Source of the DNA: Oculina patagonica
Taxonomy: Eukaryota
Reading direction: 5' to 3'
Assembly (NCBI RefSeq): GCF_052425735.1
Contig: NC_135765.1
Coordinates: 33,294,001-33,358,000, forward strand
Length of the DNA: 64,000 nt
Of the stretch, positions 9,656 to 21,846 are shown in pieces. Every line of letters begins with the position of its first letter. The first letter of the stretch is position 1. Under the pieces are notes generated by a model. The model did not search any database and was not told the DNA's origin. It saw nothing but the letters and a program-made list of their open reading frames with translations. Position numbers and translations under genes: made by a program.

Positions 9656-12600
9656 TTAACCTCATCCTCCTCCTCCACCAGCACCTAGAACAGTGAAAAA
9701 TCAGTCAGCTAAAAAACACACATAAATTAGATACCGGTACAAGTGCAACACGTATATATTTTTTTTATTTTTTTTTTATTTATTTCTAGTGCATTACATT
9801 TAAAATCTCAATGCCCTTACAAGTAAAAATATTTAAAATTACAATAGGATAAAAATACTAAATTCTTAAAATCTAAAGTTCATTAAAAATACTAAAATTC
9901 ATTATAAAATACTAAAATTCATTAAAAAAGAAAAGAAAAAAAATACTAAAGATCATTATTGAATAAAAACGTTTTAAGCTTGGTTTTAAAAGTGTCAACC
10001 GATGGAGCACTTCTCACATCAAGTGGGAGACTGTTCCACAATGTTGGCGCGCAAGATGAAAAAGCGCGCCCACCGTAATTCTTGGTCTTAAAGACTGGTA
10101 AGGTAATGTAAAGTCTGAGCTTAATATATCCAGTACCATTAGCACCAAGTGATTAAAAGGTTTGTGACTCTCTATGGATGGGATGCTAGTCCATTACAGT
10201 TTATTCCCCAATATTATACCTGCCAACTTTTTCTGGGTCAAAGGCGTGAGATTTTTATCTTGAAAGTGCTAGGATTTCCGGAGATGACACGACCAGTTCC
10301 GAAGTTTCCCAACGATGTCCGAAGTATTCCGAAAACATTGCGAACATATCCCGAACACAGGCCTAGGACGCGTTTTGCTAAACACGACCACATTCTCAAT
10401 GCTTTTCTTGTCAAAACTCCGACTTAAGATTTCGGGGAAAGTATCGTCATTTACTCAATTTACATGGAGTTTTTGTTTCTAGCATTGGTTTGAGTTTACA
10501 TATGTTTGGAAAGTGTGCCATTTATGGTTGTTTTAACAAACTCATTAATAATTCATAAAGAAAATACAAAAGAAATTAATATTTAATGAGTATCTTTATA
10601 TCTGATAAAGACACGGTTAAACTTTACGCCCACTTTTCTAGGCCAAAATAACCCCAAATGTAAATATTAGTGAAAGAATGAGTTGATCTACATCAGAAAA
10701 GTTTTAAGCCGTTCAAACTTGATAAAACACTAAGCTGCTCATTTATTAAACATTACATAACTCACATTTTTCGACTAGGCGTGAGAAATTGGTTCGTAAG
10801 CGTGAGATCGAAGTTTTCAACTTGCAGGCGTGAGACTCACGCCTAAGGCGTGAGAGTTGGCAGGTATACAATATTAATATTCTGTCGGGTTGACACAGCT
10901 AGCACTTGAACCCAGGCATCTTATTCTGGGGTCTACTGTGCCTTACACATTCACAGTTATATTAAACATAAGTATAATACTTGCCTCTTCTTGATGGTCT
11001 GTAACTGAATCCACCCCCACCCCCAGTCAATGGACTGTAATCTGCAGACAAAATATGAATAACAATTATGTCAAAATTATGTGCCTTTTTACATGGTACT
11101 GTCCATAATTTATTGCCCAGAACAAATTAATTATGCTCTTGAACACTTGCTTCCCTTAATTTGTATGAAGTCATTTGGTGGGCTCAATAACTTCAATATT
11201 AATAATAAAAATTTAAATTATCCGTAAATTGAGGAGGACAGACACTGTAATTTAAAAATAAATTCCAGATCCCATGTTTCATGTTTCTATACTTGTCAAA
11301 TAAAAATCCCTGCCTGGTTTTGATGCCATGCATAGGGTGCCACTAATTCAGATCTCTCTTAGTAGAAAAGGTAATAAAATTGTTGGCTGAAATTCAAACT
11401 AACAAAAAGTAGCCTACACAGGGACACCCAAGCATTAACAAATTATAAAAAAAATCATTAAGTTCTACCTGATTTTCTAAGAGGCTTGTCAGGTTTCTTT
11501 GGTTTTGAAGAATTCTTGGAATCAGTTGATTCAGCCTAAAAACAAATTTTAAAATAAACACACTTACAGGGACGGCGGAGCAGTTCTCCAGGTGGGGGGG
11601 GCTGACTAGTGACTTTAAGTGGTGGGGGGGGGCTTAAGAGACTCTTCTCTTAATAAGTCTTTATTTTTTCGAAAAAAGTGGGGGGGATAAAGCCTCCCCC
11701 AGCCCCCCCCCCCCGGCTCCGCCATCCCTGACTTACCGTAAATGTACAAAGTCCAAAAGAAGACAAAAACATTGTTAAATGAATGAAATCCACAGAACTT
11801 AGGTCTTGAACAAGAATGAGACTTATATGTAAAGAGAATAGATCAAAGTTCAAAATTTCTTCCACTTGACCAATGACATACAGTACTTCTATGCACTCTT
11901 GCTGACTCATGTGCTTACTTTTAAAATTTGAACCTGGTCAAAGTTTCATGAGAGTAAATATCAAGAGTTTTCACTCCTTTGACATGCAGACAATGACGAC
12001 GATGCAGGGATGTTGCTAAGGGCTGGCTGCCGGCTAATTTAACTGGCTGAAATAGAACTTAAATCTGGCTGAAATTTCACATGAAAACAAAGGCTTGGGT
12101 AAACTTTTAGAGCTGCCAAGGTCAGAAAGGCCAGCTGGGCTCGTTCATGAGCCGGCTTAGTGTTTTCTTCGCTACATCCCTGACGATGATGATGATGATG
12201 ATGATGATAATGTATATCTTGTCCTCTGTCAGCTTGTTTGATTATTTTTTTGCTAATGATAGTCCATGAGGTCTAAATAAAGCTCTTGTCCAACTCTCAT
12301 TTCTCACTGACTCTCATGTTTGTTTGATCGAGCATTAACATCAAAATAAAATATTTAATAGTTACTAACAGGAGATTTGTATCTTTTAGTGCGATATCCT
12401 TTCCCCTCTTGGTGTCTGTCCCAGTCCTCTATCTTTTCTCTCCTCTTATCTTCTTCTGACTGAAAAAAAAATCAAACAACATCACATCACTATTACTGAC
12501 TACATATTTAACAAGGCACTATCGTCAAATAGTTAAGAAATACTGACTCAAGATGCATTTACTTTGTTGATGGCTCGCCACAGGGGTGGTTTTGTGTTTA

Positions 12601-14762
12601 CTGTATTTTCTCGAATAAACGCCCGGCATTTATTTCAAACTTACTTTTAGCCTGGTGAACCCGGCGTTTATTTGACTCCGGTTGCAACGGTTTTTATTCA
12701 ATCTTTTTGACAAAAATGTATCTGGCTAATACACCTACAGCTTATTATACCACAAATAAATACCTGAGGGGTCTATTTTCAATTGCACGTTGAAGACTCT
12801 GCGTTTTATTCGGTAACCGGCGTTTAATCGAGAAAATACAGAATTTACTGACCTGCATTTTGTCCTCAATAAACTTAGCAGCTTTTGCATCTTGTTTTTC
12901 TTGCCATCTTCGTCTGGCCTCCTCCATTCTTTCCTGTTGACTTGCTGCTTTTATTGGGTCTGGGGGTACATGTAAGTGGTAAGGTGGATAACAAAATTAA
13001 TACTTTGACAGTAACTAGTCAGTGATTCAGGGGAAATTTTGTATTCAAGAACTATACAATTTTTAGGAACTTGTCATTGTTTTAAAAGTCTTTTATGTTA
13101 CCTGTTTTTAATGTAAAAATATTTGCTAAAGAGGCCACTAACAAAAGTGTGAATAAAGAGTCAAAGGTTACCCATTTGCAAAAAGGGCACCACTTCATCC
13201 TTACAACCTCACTAAATTTCAGAACAACTGCTGGCATGATAAAGAGAAAAGTTAACTCTGAACAGTCAGTAGAATTGCAATTTTTTTTTAGTGTTTCCAG
13301 TTTCCTTTGAACACACCGATTGAAGGGACCAAGTCAGTTTAAATTATATCACAAAAATTTCCAGGACCTTGATACTAAACATAACTGGCACACAGATGAT
13401 GCACACAGTTATAAAAGTCTACACGTACATGTATACAAGTAATAAAGGTTTCGTTGACTCAATAGAGAAAGACAGCTATTGGCCAGACACATGACTGTCT
13501 TACTTACCAAAGTTAGCAATTTCCCGTTGGCGTTCCCATTTGTTCTGCAGTTCTTTCCAATACGGCTTCAACTTAATCCAAAGGAACACCAGAATTACAA
13601 GACCAAGAACAATAAACCAGCCATAACGTTCCAAGAATCCCACACCTGTATATTTGTTGTGCAAACATTCTCATCAACAATTTTAGTCAGGAACTCATAA
13701 GTTTATTTTCCCTTACTGATTGGATGGCTGCATGAAAAAAGACCAGTTTGAGTTACAAGAAAATGGACATAAAGTATCTGGCCAAAATATGCCATTCCAG
13801 AAACATCCATACCCTCCCCATAGAAGGTCATTGAAAAAATCAGAGGAGGTGGGGGCTCTCAAAGGAAAAAAAGGCCTAAATTTCTAAAGGAAAGAGGAAG
13901 CTTAACTGGAATTTCTGAAGGGATGCAGGATCAGATTCAAACAAAAAAGCCTTCCATGGTCCAAGGGGTCTGGAACAACATTTATTTCATGGCTGTTGCT
14001 CCAGAAAATATCCATACTTCTCCAAAGGAGATTTTTTTCATACAAGCTTTTCTTTAAAAGTTTTGGTCTTTGAGATCCCCCTTCCATTGTAATTTCCAAT
14101 GACCCCTGCCTGCAGCATCTGTACAATTTTCGCTGTCCCAGTAAACAAAAATAATAATAAATAAATTTATTTCACAACTTAAAAATGGAAATCTTCTGAG
14201 CTAAATTATCCTCACCTGTAAAAACAGACACCTGCCTAAATAATGATAATTATGCACATATTTGCACAACTGTGGGACAGATAATATTGAGCTTAAAACA
14301 TAAATTAAGTTTAAGCATTTTTTGTGACTGTATAATTTTAGAATGTAACATATATTCAGAACAATTTCTAATACACAACTGCGACAAATTAAAATTATTT
14401 AAAAAATTTACTGGATTGTTGCACACAATTTGAATTTCCGGGATCAAATTACACCAACCACAACCAGCCACAAGGTATGAAAGTGCAGTTTGCAGGTTTA
14501 CAAAATTGCAAAAGTTTTAGCCCATTTTGGGTTCAAAAACTGTTCGCTTAAGCGATAAAAGAGTTTGTTCATAAACCCTATAGAAACTAAATGTAATTTG
14601 GGTATTGGTTAAGAAAAAACAGACTTTTCACTTACCCAAGTATAATGTATCTACAAGAAAAGCCGGGGCAGCATTTTCAAGATGACCTGACTTCGGAACA
14701 TGTCCTCCGCTCTGTTCTTCGTCAGCGCCAAACTGTGCTTTGCCGGGTTGAGGACCATCCAT
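9656..14762 (-). CDS. SELENOS: Selenoprotein S (VIMP), 7 coding exons, ~204 aa, Sec at penultimate residue
   Basis: Exons 14762-14636, 13645-13508, 12959-12853, 12459-12370, 11535-11469, 11041-10985 and 9684-9656 join in frame (615 nt). Protein has the RYGWFIVLGLVILVFLW TM helix, coiled coil ERMEEARRRWQEKQDAKA, KRREKIEDWDRHQEGKGY and YSPLTGGGGG..RPSRRG, ending GGGG-TGA-G-TAA (TGA at 9664-9662). SECIS downstream. Confidence 0.93.
9757..10110 (-). mobile_element. 3' end fragment of an L2/CR1-group LINE
   Basis: Minus strand encodes YGGRAFSSCAPTLWNSLPLDVRSAPSVDTFKTKLKTFLF, a typical L2/CR1 ORF2 C-terminus, followed by an A-rich tail. Confidence 0.75.
10215..10868. mobile_element. MITE with 14-bp TIR and 6-bp TSD
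   Basis: TIR tatacctgccaact / agttggcaggtata; CAATAT directly flanks both ends. Confidence 0.8.
11567..11730. mobile_element. hAT-like MITE with 5-bp TSD
   Basis: TIR cagggacggcggagc / gctccgccatccctg; ACTTA duplicated at 11562-11566 and 11731-11735. Confidence 0.8.
12005..12182. mobile_element. hAT-like MITE with 6-bp TSD
   Basis: TIR cagggatgttgc / gctacatccctg; ACGATG duplicated on both sides; followed by a (GAT)n microsatellite. Confidence 0.75.
12599..12841. mobile_element. Tc1/mariner-type MITE
   Basis: ta-ctgtattttctcgaataaacgcc ... ggcgtttaatcgagaaaatacag inverted termini. Confidence 0.7.
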
Positions 14763-14947
14763 TTCTATCAAGTAGTAGATTTCCGTCCACTAGGAAGTCA
14801 CAGGTTGCATTCCGAATGAGTAAATTTGTAGAAAAGAAAGATTTCTGCACGCAAAACAATCTTTTCGACGTGGAAAGTTCTTATTGATTGATAGCCGCTG
14901 ACCAAATGGGTCGTGGAAGCCTGGGTTTAGATAATATGGGGGTGGGG

Positions 14948-15518
14948 TCCACAAGTAAAGTTGCTCGGCAACTTTTTGGCTACTTTTCATGTTTCGAGCA
15001 ACTTTTTCCCCTTCGAGCAACTTTTTCCCTCTCGAGGCATTTTGAGCAATTTCCAGACCGAAGATCTCCGAAGTTTATCCGAGTGTTGTTCAAAGGCCAT
15101 GCGAACGTTTCCGAAGATTTACGAAGTTTGACGAAGGTTTTCGAGAAACGTCTGAAGACGTTTCAACTTTTAGCTAATTCTGCACCAAAACATTACAAAA
15201 CTCCTCGGCAAACATGACGTCATCATTTTTCAAGTTTTGCCCTTGATATGTTATTTAGATACTTCTTTTGCTGTAAAATTGCATAAAACTGCTTAGAAAT
15301 GTTTTTTGTTTAGGAATTTAACCCTCAAAGGAAAATTAGCATATATTTAAAGAAATTATCTTGATTAGAAGCAGCGCTTTGGATTTTTTGGAGCAACTTT
15401 CGAGCTACTTTTATTACCAGAAGCAACTTTTTTGGATTTTTGGAGCAACTTTTGAGCAACGTTTTGAGAAATTACGGGCAACTTTTTGGGAAATCTCGAG
15501 CAACTTGTGGAAAGCCCT
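14948..15518. mobile_element. TIR element with internal gagcaacttt repeats
   Basis: tccacaag..gttgctcg / cgagcaacttgtgga ends and many gagcaacttt subrepeats. A similar architecture (gagcac/tgctc) occurs at 57219-57937. Confidence 0.55.
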
Positions 15519-17001
15519 AGGGGTAGGCGAGGGATAGGGGTGAAGGTTTTGTCCAACCTCGTCTTTGTCTTTTTCGAAAAGCCGATTTCGAATCTTTTCA
15601 GTTCCCGTTCTTTTTATTACGTTCGACTGATTTCTATGCCTTCCTTTCAATATTGTCAAGAGTATCATTTCGAAGGTTTTTCTTTTTTTCTTATTCGAAA
15701 GGTTCCGAAAGGCCGTTTACCGTTTTCCATGATCCAGTTGTTTAGCCTTTTTCAAAAACCACTTGTCCAAGTACAAAAATTTATTTTGTTGTGTCTGGAG
15801 ATTATCCTTTGAACATCGCCATTGCCTTGTACATTGGCACAACTGCGCTTTATCTCTACTACAATTCTCTTTAGTAGTCAAACATCCTAGGTTGCAATTT
15901 CCTTTAGTTTTCTGTTCTTACACCCGCTTTTAGAGTTAGGTGCATAGTGGCTTTCTATTGAAATCATCATGGCATCTTATTTTTCGACGTGCTAAACAAA
16001 CAAGACGGATCCAAATCCGCTACTCACAGCCCACCAGCATGACCTTCTGAACTCGTGAGTATATTTGCATGAAACTAACCAGTATGCATCGGTTTTGATT
16101 GGCTCATTTCAAACAGCACGTCGAAAGACGATGTCGAAAGATGGATGCAGAAAGATAGCTATGCACGTAACACTGAAAGCCGGTGTAATTGAAACTTTAT
16201 CTATGTAGTATTCGTCTCCGCGGAAGTGTTGGGGTGGGGTGGGGGGAAGATTTCACGTGTGCTCCTGTCGTTTTTGACAGAAAGCCGTTGATGAAGATTC
16301 GACTGTAAGTGCTTGGGTCGATTTCCAACGCTCTCTCTAAAGTCCAGTTTTTAGGATTTTTTATGATGGATATGTGTAGTTTTCGCAGTTATAGACATAT
16401 ACCTTATCGGTCAATGTTGAGGGATGCATTACAGTGAAGTGTTGTTTAATTTGCTGTGGAAGGACCCTGACTCCAAAACCAACACGGGAAATGACCTAGT
16501 TAACAGCAAGATAGAGAAACGTATAAATTTATATCTTAATTAACAAACATCGTCCTCGAGGTAAGTACAACATGTATGTAAAATGTATTTGGGGCTGAAA
16601 GCTGGTAAATAACGAAAAACAGTTTACAAAAACATCTTGCGTTTTTAAATAACGAAAAACAGTTTACAAAAACATCTTGCGTTTTCCTTTTCTAAGCGAT
16701 ATCCAAGAAAATCTAAGAGAGTTACGAATCACTTTAACCTTAACAAAACTGCAATTACTATTGTGACTTTTACATGTAATTTAAGCAAGAACTTTATAGC
16801 TTCTTTATAATTTCTGGGCGTAACTGTTATTTCATATTCGCATTTTTTTATATAAAATTTCAAACGTGAAAACGTTGGGCCTTCTGCTATCTATTTTTTC
16901 TTTCATCCTGTAATCCATTTCTATCCTTGCCATCGTTGGTCAACCTTAATTTTTGACTTCTCGAAATCTTACTGTAACATACCCCACATGATCAAAATTA
17001 A

Positions 17002-19855
17002 TCATAAATCATTCAGTTTTTTGTTTTTCTTTGCACGGAAATTTTCAAACTGTTTGCTGGTTTTAAGGCATTCTTCCGCCTCCTCAGGCTCATGTTGCGT
17101 CAAAATGTGCCTTTTAAGATTTCCACGTTTTTTCAAGCGCTGTCCACAGATGTCGCACTCAAATGGTTTCTCTTTCGAGTGGGTTTTCTTGTGATTCCAC
17201 AAAGCGCTGTAATTCTTGAAAGCCTTGGAACACTTATTGCATTTGTACGCCCAAACGTCTGCGTGGCGTTTTTTGTGTGCCGCAAGTGCACTAGACCAAG
17301 AAAATGTTTTACCGCAAACTTTACACGTATAGATCTTCTTTTCTTGAATATTATGGAAGCCCTTTTCATGTTCTTTCAGCGCGTTTGTGCTGCGAAACAT
17401 TTTGTCACAGTGCGGGCATTTGCAAGGCTTCTCTCCTGTGTGGATCCGCTCATGGTCTCGCCGTGCGTAAACCGACCTGAATGCTTTGTCACAGTGCTGA
17501 CACACGTAAGGTTTTTCCCCGGTGTGAATTAATTTATGCTTGGCTAGGTGTTGTCGTTGACGAAATGCTTTTCCACATTCGTTGCACTTGTGAGGTCTTC
17601 GGTCGTAATGAATGTTCATGTGCTGACAATATTGTGTCGTGGAAGACAAAACTTTCCCGCATTCTACACACTCGCGAGGGTTCTTTTTCTTCTTTTTCTT
17701 GATGCCTGTGGAATAAACAAACGAAATCGAGACTGTTCATAGCCCTCTTTCTTTCTCATAATTTTCTTCGAAGAGAATCGCAAGAGATCTGGAAGACAGC
17801 GCAAAACGGGAGGTGCGAGGGGGTCCCCACCCCACCCTCGCGGTTCGCTCGCTACCCTCGCTGTTTCTCTTGCGATCGTATGCGTTGAAAAAAAGATAGG
17901 CTGTGAACAGTCTAAGCGAAATCAAGCAGCGACTATCAAATTGTTATTTTGAACACACTTGAACCTCTTTAATACAGACACCAAAGGGGTAGAGAAGAGT
18001 GTCCATATTATGGAGGTGTCCTTATTATAGAGCTAGCGTTTATTTAAATTTTGGTCTCTTTTGGAGTAGTATGTGAACTAACTGTAATATTATAGAGAGG
18101 TAACTGTAAGGAGAGGTTGACTCTATTGGGCGATTGCATAAAAAATCTCTCCCCTTACTGGTCAATAAAATCTTACCCCCTTAAAATCCGTTGAAAGTGA
18201 CCCCACCCCTAACAAATTCACTAATATGTGTAGACCCCTGAATAATTTCTATTAGAAATCTTAATGTGACTGCCCTCCAAGAATTTCATTAACCTGAGAC
18301 CAGGCACTTTTTTTAATAAGTAGGGAGGGCATGAACTCAGGTTTGAATTTCATGAAATTTTTGGCCTTTACCTAAGTAATCCACTATTTTTCACTTATTC
18401 CCCTAAAGAATTCTTGTATGTCCAACCTTATGTCTAAAGAATTTCACCATTCCACAACTGGAAGAGGTAGTACATACATTGCATTTAATGCCATAGCCCA
18501 TTACGGCTTTACCTCTAACAACATAATCAATTTGCATACCGGTAACTAATAAACTATCTTTTGAAAATATTTATTTCATCAAACCAAACTTGTCTGTTAC
18601 CTGTTGGTTCTTTCGGCACTCTCTCAGCCCTCCTTTTTGCAGTCTTTTTTGGAACATTTGGTTGCAAAAGTGATGGGAGCACAACAACATCCACTTCTTG
18701 AGTAGTAGTTGTTGACTCATTGGACAACGCACTATCAGAGGTACTTGTAATGTTATTGTCACCTTGCTTTATTTCTTGAACAGTACTTTCAGCATTTGAC
18801 TCTGTGATGGCTGATTGTTGATTTGATAGCTGATCATCATTGCCTTTTTGAGCAGAGTTTGAACTGGTTTGTACTGTGTCCGGTGAACTAGATTCCACAA
18901 TGAGGACTTCTTCTGGGACTTTTTGACTCTCAGTTCCTGTTGTTACATTTATCGCATCCTCCTGAGTATTGCTCAACTGATCTGAACAAGCTCTATCTTT
19001 GTCACAAGCATTCCTCACTTCAAATTCTCCGACAGTTGAAAGGATTTGGACCTCAGGATCAGAATTAACTACAACACTTTTATCATTTGTTTCACCAACA
19101 TTTGCTGCAGATTTCTTTTTCAAAAAGTTCCGAAGAGCCAGCTTAGTAGAATTAGTTATCTGAGTGCCTTCAACCTTCTCACTACTTGCTATGTCTTCCA
19201 CTGTGTTATTATTTGCCATGCTTTCCACAATTTTATCATTTGCTAATTTTTTTACTCCTTGCGGTCTTGTGGTTGAAGCTTCCCCTTTCTGTAAAGGTTC
19301 TGTTTGAACTGGTGTTTGGACGTACACTCTTGGAACAACTTGTCCATTTTGGATGAGCATATTAAACATATCTGATGGCCTTTGTTGTTTTTGTTGAGCA
19401 CTTGAAATTGATGGCTGTTGTGGATTTGAAATCGATTGCTGTCGTCGTTGTGAAATCATTCGCTGTCGTTGATTTGAAATAAATGGTCGCTGTGGTTTTG
19501 AAATTGACAGTTGTGATGAATTTGTCATTGATTTCTCTGAAGACTTTCTTTTTGTCACATGAGTATTTATTTGTTCAATGACATCACTTCGCAAAGTTTC
19601 CTGTGTTGCATCATTTCCACTTGAGCGGTTGACATCATTTGTAAATGATATCTCAGCTGACACATCTGGGTCATCATGTGACCCTACTTGGCAATGAGCC
19701 ACATCACCAAATTGGTTACCAGTCCTTTCTGACGTTACCCCATTTCCATTTTCACTGGCTTCTTCTGACCCAGGCTGAGTGAATTCAAAGATGAAGTTGA
19801 TGGTGTCAGAAGGTAAGGTTATAGTAGAATTAATGTTCACCTCCATTTCTGGCAT
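17002..19855 (-). CDS. C2H2 zinc-finger protein (7 fingers, long disordered N-terminus), copy 1, ~652 aa
   Basis: Exons 19855-18601 (donor ACAG|GTAAC) and 17705-17002 (acceptor CCACAG|) join in frame: ..KEPTG-IKKKKKKNPRECVEC... There are seven CxxC..HxxxH fingers with TGEKP linkers. A probable non-coding first exon lies near 20266-20340. Confidence 0.88.
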
Positions 19856-21021
19856 TTCTTAGCTCTTAATGTGTAATATTTAAGCAAGATATCGTCATAT
19901 TTAGAAGAATCCTATTGCAAGAAAAAAACATTACATCATTCAAGTTGAACTGCATTATAATTAATACAACTTGATTAAATGATTAACTTGATTAGTGAAA
20001 GAAAAATAAATAACGGTAGAATGACTGATAAAATTACTTTAAGAAAGAGATATAGAATTGATGTTAGTTTTCGAAGACGATCGCATATCGGGTTGGTGCA
20101 CAAGACTCGCTGATGGCGCGCGGATCGATGCAACGTACAAATCAGTTATTTCAACCTACTACGTAACGGTGGAAAAATGTACGCCTCAAGACCTTCTAGC
20201 TTGTCTCGCCGGTAATACAGTTTAAAAGCAATCTCTATTCGAACAAATTATTCTTTAATCTTACCAATCATCTCAGCTTTGATCCCAACAGAAACCAGCG
20301 AAGAAAGATCGATTTTCAGACCAAAGTAGCCGCCATTTTTGAGACTCGTTCCCATGTGAGAGAGTAACCTGGGAACGAGTTTTTGTGTACCATGTTGCGT
20401 GACAGATCAACGTGACATTGTTTTTATGCTAAAAAAAATCTCAAAAGAAAACACTTTGGTACAGTATCATCAATATTGGTCGGGTTTTTCGTGGGGCTGA
20501 GTACCATTGTAACTAAGAGAATGAAAAAAATATTGCCAAGCCCATAATGATTCTCCTGTTGCAGGCTTCTTTATTTCCAAAATTTAAAGAAGAAGAAGTT
20601 ATGATCGATTTGATTTGATGTGAAGATTCAAAGTCGTTTTGTCCTTGACAACAATGGATCGAAAAATTTCCATAAAAAAACCATTGGCTCGATCAAACAA
20701 AAGCAATCGAAAACAGGTTTCCACACAGCAGTTGCGGAATAAAAATAATCATGTGAAAATCCATTTACGTCAGTAATAATGTGTCGAATAATTTTATTTT
20801 TTGACTAGCAAAATTTTCTGGCAATGCTGGCAGCCCGCTTGTAAATAATTCATCGAAGACTTCGAAGCGGTTTTGACCAAAGTTAGTGTTATTTAATTTT
20901 GCTTAAAACCTTACCGACACAGAAAAGATAGACAAAATCTTTGCCGGGCTTGGTCGGGCAAAACAGGGCAAAGCGGACGCCATATTCTGCATGTCGACGT
21001 TACCCCGGATAAACAAGATGT

Positions 21022-21032
21022 GGGGAAACCCC
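21022..21032 (+). promoter_or_regulatory. kB-like site upstream of BCL3-like gene (copy 2 at 28935-28945)
   Basis: GGGGAAACCCC matches the NF-kB p50-type consensus, ~200 bp upstream of the ATG; CCAAT box at 21051. Confidence 0.6.
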
Positions 21033-21231
21033 CTTCTTCCTCTATTCTATCCAATCACAAACAACCATGTAGATAACATATGCATTGTGTATGATCTCTT
21101 ATTTCGCTTCAGTAGTCGGTCCATGAATACTAAAAACATGTCTTTCCAGTTTTGTGACAAGAACATATGAAGTATCCTTGGCTAAAAGTTGAAATGCTGA
21201 AGAGAAGGATCTACAAAACACTTCATAAAGG

Positions 21232-21846
21232 ATGGCAGGTAGGTTTGTAAGGAATGTCGTGTATGAAAGCAGCTGTGAAGAAACTAAATTTGCTGTGTTT
21301 GATATATGGAAACGATTCAACATTGAATCACATTTTAATTGAAAGAATGGCTACTAGAAAGTGTTGAAACGTTTGGTTGATTTCAGGAGAAACTCGAAAG
21401 CGTCGCCAAAGGTCTACGTCCAAAAAACAAGGAACAATTCTGGATCAGCTAGAACAAGAATCAAGTTCTGCCCTTGAAGTAAACAAGACGCCTCCTACTG
21501 ATTACCCTTGCGTGACATTATCAACCGATCATGAACGAACGCCGGGACGAACGGTGTCGGCGCTAATCAGCGCTACATCTTCGTCGTCGGATGATCTCGG
21601 TAACGATAACGGAAGTAAAGCTAAATCAAAGAAAAGAGCGATTGAACACGATGAGGCGGACACCCGAGTTATAGAAGCAACGTCTTCGGCGACATCGTCC
21701 GGTTTGCATTTATTGAGTGACACAGCCGAGCGGCAGTCACACGCAACGACCGCTGTAGTTGCTGGACAATCAAACGACTGCGTGCGGACTGTGGCGGAAA
21801 CAAGCCCAATGCCTGATGTATTTGGTCAAGACGATGATGGCGACAC
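21232..21846 (+). CDS. BCL3: BCL3-like gene, 5' coding exons, copy 1 (frame intact)
   Basis: ATG GCA G|gtagg (21232-21238) splices to 21387-21846: MAGETRKRRQR...FGQDDDGDT, ending at the start of ankyrin repeat 1 in the phase required by the exon at 31373. Confidence 0.7.

Noticed and set aside
16606-16684. ~41-bp tandem duplication downstream of the ZnF gene
   Set aside because: Simple local duplication present in both copies; no sign of function.
17092-17532. 146-aa plus-strand ORF (also antisense ORFs over the mGluR and transposase genes)
   Set aside because: Antisense shadows of real coding exons.
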